A stretch of DNA of 64,000 bases, from NCBI GenBank assembly GCA_038727135.1, contig JAVYWL010000003.1, positions 32,001 through 96,000 of the forward strand. Direction: 5' to 3'. The notes under the pieces were generated by a model, which was not told the DNA's origin, searched no databases, and worked only from the letters and a program-made list of their open reading frames with translations. This DNA comes from Candidatus Bathyarchaeia archaeon. Its GTDB lineage: Archaea > Thermoproteota > Bathyarchaeia > Bathyarchaeales > Bathycorpusculaceae. Both the position numbers and the translations under genes were made by a program. This document shows positions 58,439 to 64,000 of this stretch, piece by piece (the stretch's first letter is position 1; each line of letters begins with the position of its first letter).

Positions 58439-58632
58439 TCGCTATATCCCCTCTTCTGCAAAACCCCTAGAGCCTTCTTAGTTTCTTTGTCAAAGTAGTT
58501 TAGGGATGCAAGTTCTTTTTTGATGGCTCTCCTCACGAAGTCGCTTACGTCTTCACCTCGTGCCTTGCAGACTTGTTGAAGTAACCGTTTTTCATTTTCA
58601 TTTAGTCTTACCCCAATGATTGCATTTAACAT
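58435..58632 (-). CDS. CopG/RHH transcriptional regulator
   Basis: IIGVRL...RGEDVSDFVRRAI. Confidence 0.8.
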   Translation of the reverse strand: MLNAIIGVRLNENEKRLLQQVCKARGEDVSDFVRRAIKKELASLNYFDKETKKALGVLQKRGYSE

Positions 58633-58674
58633 AGTTTATCACCGCACAACACTTTTATTTTGGAGTAGGTACCT

Positions 58675-59094
58675 ATGTTTCGGTCGGGAAATTTGGGGGT
58701 CAAGCGGGAAAAAGCCTATAAGTACCAGCTTGTCTTTAAGGGGGAACCCTTAGATTTGGAAGAGGTTAGAGCTAAACTTTCAAGTTTTGGTTATCATGTG
58801 GCAATTCATGAAAAACCCGCTGGGCAACATCATTTAGAGGCTTTTGTGGGGGACTGGTTTCTCCAATTTTATGGAACTGGCACGGTAAATGTTTTTGTCA
58901 AAGACAAGGACGACGTTTTTAAAGTCTCAAAATTTTTGGGTCAACTGGGCTGGTTCATGTTGGAAAAATTTAATCCTAGGCTTGCACTTTTGTGGGAGGT
59001 TTTTGGAAAATCGGAGGAAGGGAAAAGTGTTGAATGTTATCGTGAAGTCTTCAATGTCGTTAAGGCTTTTGAGCTTTTTTGGTTAAAATCATAA
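58675..59094 (+). CDS. Hypothetical protein
   Basis: 139-aa ORF divergent from the RHH gene; no recognised motif. Confidence 0.5.
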   Translation: MFRSGNLGVKREKAYKYQLVFKGEPLDLEEVRAKLSSFGYHVAIHEKPAGQHHLEAFVGDWFLQFYGTGTVNVFVKDKDDVFKVSKFLGQLGWFMLEKFNPRLALLWEVFGKSEEGKSVECYREVFNVVKAFELFWLKS

Positions 59095-59176
59095 TTGATG
59101 TTTTTAGGGGTGTTTATGGTGAAAAATATCACATACTACGTTGATTTTATATATTTTGAGTATGTTAGTTTAAAGT

Positions 59177-59344
59177 ATGGGTGAAGAAGAAAATATTGCT
59201 TATATAAGTGTGCGGGGTTATCGGTGTCTGCGTTGCGGTCACACATGGGTTCCTAGGAAAAATTCTAAGAGCCCACCTAAAGTGTGTCCAAAATGCAAAA
59301 GTCCTTATTGGGATAAGCCTCGTAGGCGTAAGGTTAAAGAGTGA
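59177..59344 (+). CDS. Small Zn-ribbon protein (55 aa)
   Basis: MGEEENIAYISVRGYRCLRCGHTWVPRKNSKSPPKVCPKCKSPYWDKPRRRKVKE; missed by the ORF track. Confidence 0.75.
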   Translation: MGEEENIAYISVRGYRCLRCGHTWVPRKNSKSPPKVCPKCKSPYWDKPRRRKVKE

Positions 59345-60377
59345 CTATTCTGGGTTGCCATTGTTTTGTTTCGTTTCTTATGTGTTTTGCTAGGAGTAGG
59401 GCTTCTTCTGTGATTAGTGTGTCTAGGGTCTGCTGTTTTCCGTGTTTTATTCTTGGGATTTTGACTTTTTGGTTGAAGAGGTTGTTAAGTTCTTCTGCCA
59501 GCTTGTCTGCTTCGTATTCTAGTAGGTGTATGCGTTTTCCCATTCTTAAATGCACTATGAAGTCTGTGACTGCGACAAAATCGTTTTTGTGGAGTTTTGT
59601 TCTGCGTTCTATTATGAAGTTGTCTATTATGTGGCGGTATAATTCCATGAAGTCGCAGGCTAGGCTTGGTTTGCCGTGTTGCATGGCGTGTAAGAAGCCT
59701 AGGTATGGTTCAAGTTTTGCTTTTAATAGTGCCTTATATACTCTGCATTTTAGCACATAATAGCCAAAGTTGAAAACATTGTTAAGTCCATCATAGGCTT
59801 TAAAGCCCACTCGCTTTTCTGGTCTTATTTTTTCTGGGAAAAGGGTGAATATTTGTTTGAAGTAGTGTTGTGAGGCTTTTCCTTCTATTTGGTTTAGCTT
59901 ATACCTTATGTCTTGGGGTTTTTCTGCTTTTAGGCTGTCGATTTTGCTTTTTAAAGCGGTTAGGTTAAGCTGTTCTAGTCCGTATTTCCTTAAGACCATG
60001 TTTTGGGCTTCTATTTTGGTTTTTACTATTGTTTTTGCTATTTCTACGCCTTTCTGGTTTTTTGTGGCTTCGTATTGCATTATTCTGGTTTTTACGTGGC
60101 TGTCGTCTTCTAGGCTTTTTAAAATGGCTACTACTCTGTTTCGTCTGGTCATTATGTAAGTGTCAATGTTCCAAAGTGCCAAATCTATTAAGGCGTCAAC
60201 ACTTACATAACTGCCTGATTTTAGTATGCATTCGCCTATTTCCTTTTCAAAGTGTGGGTAACGCTCCACCCTCCCGTCTTTGAGGCGGAGTTCAAAACAT
60301 CCTTCCGCCCTGCCCAGATAACTGCCATACTTGTCTAGTTGCAGTTTTAGTGTTTTGACTGGTCGCATTTCAGCCAC
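59334..60377 (-). CDS. cas1: Solo Cas1 (casposase-like integrase)
   Basis: IEGKASQHYF, NNVFNFGY, EPYLGFLH, SLACDFMELYR: catalytic E/H/D-E residues appear intact. Confidence 0.9.
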   Translation of the reverse strand: MAEMRPVKTLKLQLDKYGSYLGRAEGCFELRLKDGRVERYPHFEKEIGECILKSGSYVSVDALIDLALWNIDTYIMTRRNRVVAILKSLEDDSHVKTRIMQYEATKNQKGVEIAKTIVKTKIEAQNMVLRKYGLEQLNLTALKSKIDSLKAEKPQDIRYKLNQIEGKASQHYFKQIFTLFPEKIRPEKRVGFKAYDGLNNVFNFGYYVLKCRVYKALLKAKLEPYLGFLHAMQHGKPSLACDFMELYRHIIDNFIIERRTKLHKNDFVAVTDFIVHLRMGKRIHLLEYEADKLAEELNNLFNQKVKIPRIKHGKQQTLDTLITEEALLLAKHIRNETKQWQPRIVTL

Positions 60378-60415
60378 CTATTTACCTAGAAGTATATTAC
60401 TTTTGGGTATATATT

Positions 60416-60526
60416 TGTTTTTGTTTGATTGTTTGTTTGATTGTTTGAGGGTTTGTTTGATTGATTGATGCATCTCTTTGTATTGGGTGGTGGGTGTGGG
60501 TGGATTGGGTAGAGAGAGAAAAAGAT
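60416..60526 (-). repeat. Right terminal inverted repeat and subterminal motifs
   Basis: AGAGAGAGAAAAAGAT (60511-60526); TGTTTTTGTTTGATT (60416-60430); repeated GTTTGATT units. Confidence 0.85.
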
Positions 60527-60592
60527 AAACTTTTAATAAATGCTGCCTCGGTCGAATTATTATACTTCATAATTAAGACATTGAAATCCTAA
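60527..60592 (+). pseudogene. 3' remnant of the interrupted His-rich gene
   Basis: KLLINAASVELLYFIIKTLKS* in frame across the duplicated target site. Confidence 0.65.
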
Positions 60593-60595
60593 TTT

Positions 60596-61159
60596 TCATC
60601 GCCCAACTTGTTCTTGAGTAAAGTACTTCTTAAGCTCTTCTTCAAAATTTTTTAATTCTTCCATCAACTTTCTTGAGACTAATTCATAAAGTTTCGGATC
60701 CAAAAACTCTGAAGGTTTTTCCATGAATTCTTTGAGAGTATTAAAAAAGGTTTGTCGAAACTGTATATTCATTGGATCTTTGCCAGCTGAGTATGCGGAC
60801 ACTTCAAGACACATGTTAATGGTTTTTGAAAAATCTAAAGTGCTTCCTCTACACAAGTACAAGTAGAAGAATAACGACATTGCCAACTTTATATGTTCCC
60901 TAATCTTTTCCTCGATAGGCTGGAAGACTTTTAAGGCGAAAAGTCCCTTATTCAAACTTTCTTTTTCTTTGAGATTTATAAGCACTCCGCTCTGTATCAT
61001 AACCTTTATTTTGCGATAAAGCTGAGATGTCGATACTTTTGCATTCTTTCTTATTTCATCCCAACTTTGGGGCTGCTTCTTTATTAATTCCCATAAAATG
61101 CGCGCGTCTGAGCTTAATTCTTCCCCCACTTGTCCTCTCATTTTTGCAAAAACCTCCAC
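60596..61159 (-). CDS. Winged-helix protein
   Basis: ILWELIKK...VSTSQLYRKIKVMIQSG. Confidence 0.65.
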   Translation of the reverse strand: MEVFAKMRGQVGEELSSDARILWELIKKQPQSWDEIRKNAKVSTSQLYRKIKVMIQSGVLINLKEKESLNKGLFALKVFQPIEEKIREHIKLAMSLFFYLYLCRGSTLDFSKTINMCLEVSAYSAGKDPMNIQFRQTFFNTLKEFMEKPSEFLDPKLYELVSRKLMEELKNFEEELKKYFTQEQVGR

Positions 61160-61231
61160 GTAGATCTCAGCTTACATTTGCAGTTTTGAAAGGAAAACTA
61201 GAAAAGCCTTTCTCATCAAACGCGCATCTCG

Positions 61232-61792
61232 GTGAATAAAATGTCGAAAATTGATGCTGAGCTAATAAAGCCTTTGCCAGAGCCAAGTGAGGGCGACTAC
61301 GTCATTGAAAAGGTTGAGCGCGTCGATCAGACGCCGCTTCGAGGACTACAAGGCTGGAGGGTTACGCTTCGCAATGCTAAGGATGGTAGCTTATGCGCTA
61401 CGATGCTATGGAAAAGAGAGCAAGTCGGGCCGAATTCTAAGCTTGGCTCTTTTCTTTTGGCTCTCGGTAAAGACGCTGATACATGGACAGGTAAAATTAT
61501 TAGGCTAGCATCTTGGAAGCCTAGAGAAAGGAAGGTTGTAATGGTTGCTGACAAAGTAAAAGACATAGTAACTGCAGCTGGAGCCACAGCTAAAACTGAT
61601 CTGGTTATGGCTTGCAAACAACGGCTAATCGACATCCTTGAACGCGGCAAAATCTACAGCGTTGCCGAAATTAAAGGGTTAAGCCCAGACTATAAGGAGG
61701 ACATTATTGCTTCAGCCCTTGAATTGCTGGTCAGCGAAGGAAAAGTTTTCAAAATTCCTACGACACCTACGCGATATTATTATGAGGGCTAA
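61232..61792 (+). CDS. Hypothetical protein (beta-rich, possibly OB-like, plus C-terminal wHTH)
   Basis: SKLGSFLLALG...WTGK; ALELLVSEGKVFK. Confidence 0.6.
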   Translation: MNKMSKIDAELIKPLPEPSEGDYVIEKVERVDQTPLRGLQGWRVTLRNAKDGSLCATMLWKREQVGPNSKLGSFLLALGKDADTWTGKIIRLASWKPRERKVVMVADKVKDIVTAAGATAKTDLVMACKQRLIDILERGKIYSVAEIKGLSPDYKEDIIASALELLVSEGKVFKIPTTPTRYYYEG

Positions 61793-61794
61793 GG

Positions 61795-62892
61795 ATGCGA
61801 TTTCAGAAGGCTTATTTGATTAGGCTTAAGCTTCTGGAAGGGTTTCTCTCACACAAGCTTTCTTATCTCAAACAGTTATGTATCTCTAGTGATATATGCA
61901 CTTCTGAGAAGACATCGCATGCCTTGAGAAAGTTTCCGCCCGGGCTTCTTCCCACAGCCATAAGTGTTGAACTTGCCCTTTACAGCGGCTACATTGAGCC
62001 ATACGACCCCTTAAGCATGCTTATAATTGCGCCTGTTGGAAGCGGGAAAACGGAGCTGCTTAAGGCTTACGCAGAAAACAGGGGCGTAGCGCTTTACAAT
62101 GATTTCACAAGCTATGGGCTTACGGGATTACTTGGACAAATCCAAGCCGGGCTTATACGCCACGTCATGGTTGCTGATTTGGTCCGACTTACAGCAAGAG
62201 GAAACCCCGTTTGGCATCAAATACTTTTAACGCTTAACGCTTTGATGGAGGAAGGTGTCCAAAACATAGACACCTTTCATATACGCTTTCACTCCCCAAC
62301 ACCAGTTAAGGCAGGCGTTGTAGCTGCACTAACAACTGATGAATGGAAAGCCCGCCGAAAACAATGGATGCGCTTAGGCTTCCTAAGCCGAGCCGTACCG
62401 ATAAGCTACCACATCGCGCCTGAAGATATAATCCGCGGAGAACAAGCCCTATACAAGGCTGAACCCGCGTTCAAACCCGTAAAGGTGAACCTTCCAGAAA
62501 AGCCTCTAAGCGTAAACGTTCCTGAAAGGCATAAAGAAGCCTTGATGCGTCTGGGAAGGGTTATAGCGGCTGTAAACCGTGACGAGACGCGTTTCAGATC
62601 GCACCGACATGTCATAGCAATGGCTAAGGCTTCAGCCCTACGCGAAAACAGAACCGAAGTAAACGAGGAAGACGTTAAATTGCTTAAAGCCCTAAGCGTC
62701 TTATGGCTAAGCCCATACAGCGGAGACGAGCCAAGCTTCCGCATAATGCTCACCCTACCAGCAACATCAAACCAAATACTAAGCGAGCTTTCAAACCTCT
62801 ACAGTCCAGCCACAATTTACAGGCGGCTGAACTACCTTGAAAACTTAAAGGCCGTAAGGCGGGATGGCGACAAATGGGTTCCAAACCTCTAG
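61795..62892 (+). CDS. AAA+ ATPase with C-terminal wHTH (putative replication protein of the element)
   Basis: APVGSGKT, LNALMEEG, GFLSR, SPATIYRRLNYLE; start uncertain. Confidence 0.7.
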   Translation: MRFQKAYLIRLKLLEGFLSHKLSYLKQLCISSDICTSEKTSHALRKFPPGLLPTAISVELALYSGYIEPYDPLSMLIIAPVGSGKTELLKAYAENRGVALYNDFTSYGLTGLLGQIQAGLIRHVMVADLVRLTARGNPVWHQILLTLNALMEEGVQNIDTFHIRFHSPTPVKAGVVAALTTDEWKARRKQWMRLGFLSRAVPISYHIAPEDIIRGEQALYKAEPAFKPVKVNLPEKPLSVNVPERHKEALMRLGRVIAAVNRDETRFRSHRHVIAMAKASALRENRTEVNEEDVKLLKALSVLWLSPYSGDEPSFRIMLTLPATSNQILSELSNLYSPATIYRRLNYLENLKAVRRDGDKWVPNL

Positions 62893-63212
62893 TCTACCTT
62901 CAACTAACAAGCCTAGAATCCTTGATTGAAGAGCTAAAGCATAGAAGCCTGTCTGAAGCTAGGCTTTCAGAATGGATCCAGCGTCGCGACATGCTTGAAC
63001 GCCGAAAGTTTAGAGTTACAGCCTTAGACCCGTATTATGGGCTTATACTACGCTACGAAAGCGTATATTATCAGGGCTTAGCTGTTGACGGCGAAACTGC
63101 AGAGCTTAAAAAATCTAGGGAAGAAGCCAAAAAGCGCATTACTGAAAGGCTTGAGGCTGAGGGAATACGCCTACTTGAAGGCGAATACCACGCTGGAAAG
63201 GCTGAATGGTAA
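62874..63212 (+). CDS. Hypothetical protein
   Basis: Overlapped operon member. Confidence 0.55.
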   Translation: MGSKPLVYLQLTSLESLIEELKHRSLSEARLSEWIQRRDMLERRKFRVTALDPYYGLILRYESVYYQGLAVDGETAELKKSREEAKKRITERLEAEGIRLLEGEYHAGKAEW

Positions 63213-63279
63213 ACAAGCAGCCTAGACCCGTTAACGCTAAAATTTTCATTGTCTACGGGTTGCATTTGGCATCTTTGGG

Positions 63280-63762
63280 TTGCCATTACAATGGGACTAT
63301 CGCTCAATCCTCGCTGATTCGGGGGCTGCCATAGTGAAAATCGTTAAAGCCTTAAAAGAGCCTAATTCCTCAAACAAAGACGTTTTCAGGCTTCTCTTCA
63401 GAAACCACAAGACCATTCACGCTTCAAGGCTCCTTTTTAGTTGGATGCTGGATAATGGCGGTTACGCAACACCATCCCAGCTAAGCCAATTCGCATGGAA
63501 ACTACAAAAAGGTAAGGTTGAGGAGGGCTACCGTTATCGGCGTTCAAGCCTTTACAGAACAGTTTTGAGGCGCCTCTTAGACTTCGGCTTCATAAACCAG
63601 CAGCAAATATATGATAAGGAAACGGGCAAAATTGTCCAAGCCTACGTTCTAATAAAGCAGCCCATACCAAAACGCGCTCCTCTCAGCGGAGCCAGCTTCT
63701 GGAAGCTGGCATGGCACATATGCAAAGCGTGGAATGAACAACTCGAAAAGGCGAAAGGCTAA
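63280..63762 (+). CDS. Winged-helix-like hypothetical protein
   Basis: LYRTVLRRLLDFGFI...QAYVL. Confidence 0.6.
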   Translation: MPLQWDYRSILADSGAAIVKIVKALKEPNSSNKDVFRLLFRNHKTIHASRLLFSWMLDNGGYATPSQLSQFAWKLQKGKVEEGYRYRRSSLYRTVLRRLLDFGFINQQQIYDKETGKIVQAYVLIKQPIPKRAPLSGASFWKLAWHICKAWNEQLEKAKG

Positions 63763-63769
63763 GGCGGAC

Positions 63770-64000
63770 ATGACAACGCCAATCCATTGTCCACAGTGCG
63801 GTTCAACGCTTTTTTGGAAGGATGGAATGCGTTATCTATTTGATGGCTCAGCTGTTCAGCGTTATGTTTGCAGAAATTGTGGACACCGCTTCTCTGAGCC
63901 GAGCAATAAAATTGAAAAGCAAAACCGCAAGCCCATACTTTTGGAGAGGGCTCCCTTGACCCTTAAAGCCCAAACAGAAAAGCGGGCTGCGGGAGCCACA
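63770..64000 (+). CDS. Probable tyrosine integrase, N-terminal Zn ribbon only (truncated by the window)
   Basis: CPQCGS...WKDG...QRYVCRNCGHRFS...KRAAGAT, open to the window end; catalytic domain not visible. Confidence 0.6.
   Translation, partial: MTTPIHCPQCGSTLFWKDGMRYLFDGSAVQRYVCRNCGHRFSEPSNKIEKQNRKPILLERAPLTLKAQTEKRAAGAT

Larger units (their letters stand above)
53915..60526. mobile_element. Casposon-like Cas1 transposon lacking PolB
   Basis: 16-bp perfect TIR, flanking direct repeat AAACTTTTA (extendable to 14 bp into the TIR), solo cas1, interrupted target gene. Confidence 0.8.
49854..64000. mobile_element. tRNA-targeting integrated element (extends beyond the window)
   Basis: att-like tRNA fragment at the left, shift to accessory genes, excisionase-like HTH, AAA+ ATPase module and integrase-like N-terminus at the right edge. 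Confidence 0.75.

Noticed and set aside
59334-60540. CRISPR-Cas locus around cas1
   Set aside because: No cas2, cas4 or effector genes and no repeat-spacer array; the nearby repeats are short low-complexity subterminal motifs

Overview
Archaeal chromosome segment, most likely Bathyarchaeia (inferred from gatDE, S30e, Elp3, intron-containing tRNAs, dockerin-tagged secreted proteins and a Zn-ribbon-led integrase-like ORF). Positions 1-49.6 kb are mostly housekeeping genes: translation and tRNA modification, transporters, glmM/glmU, two intron-containing tRNAs, a VapBC pair, and an orphan nurA-herA pair beside four paralogous winged-helix genes. A 27-bp tRNA 3'-end copy at 49854-49880 marks the left edge of an integrated element that runs off the window end, where a probable integrase begins. 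The main find is nested inside it: a ~6.6-kb element (53915-60526) with terminal inverted repeats and a target-site duplication that splits a small gene. Its only recognisable recombinase is a solo Cas1, with no cas2, no CRISPR array and no family B polymerase. It carries a DNA methyltransferase, an EVE-like/PD-(D/E)xK nuclease, a small AEP-primase-like ORF and virus/plasmid-type regulators, so it looks like a PolB-less mini-casposon carrying defence cargo. All product calls come from motif recognition by eye; no database searches were run.
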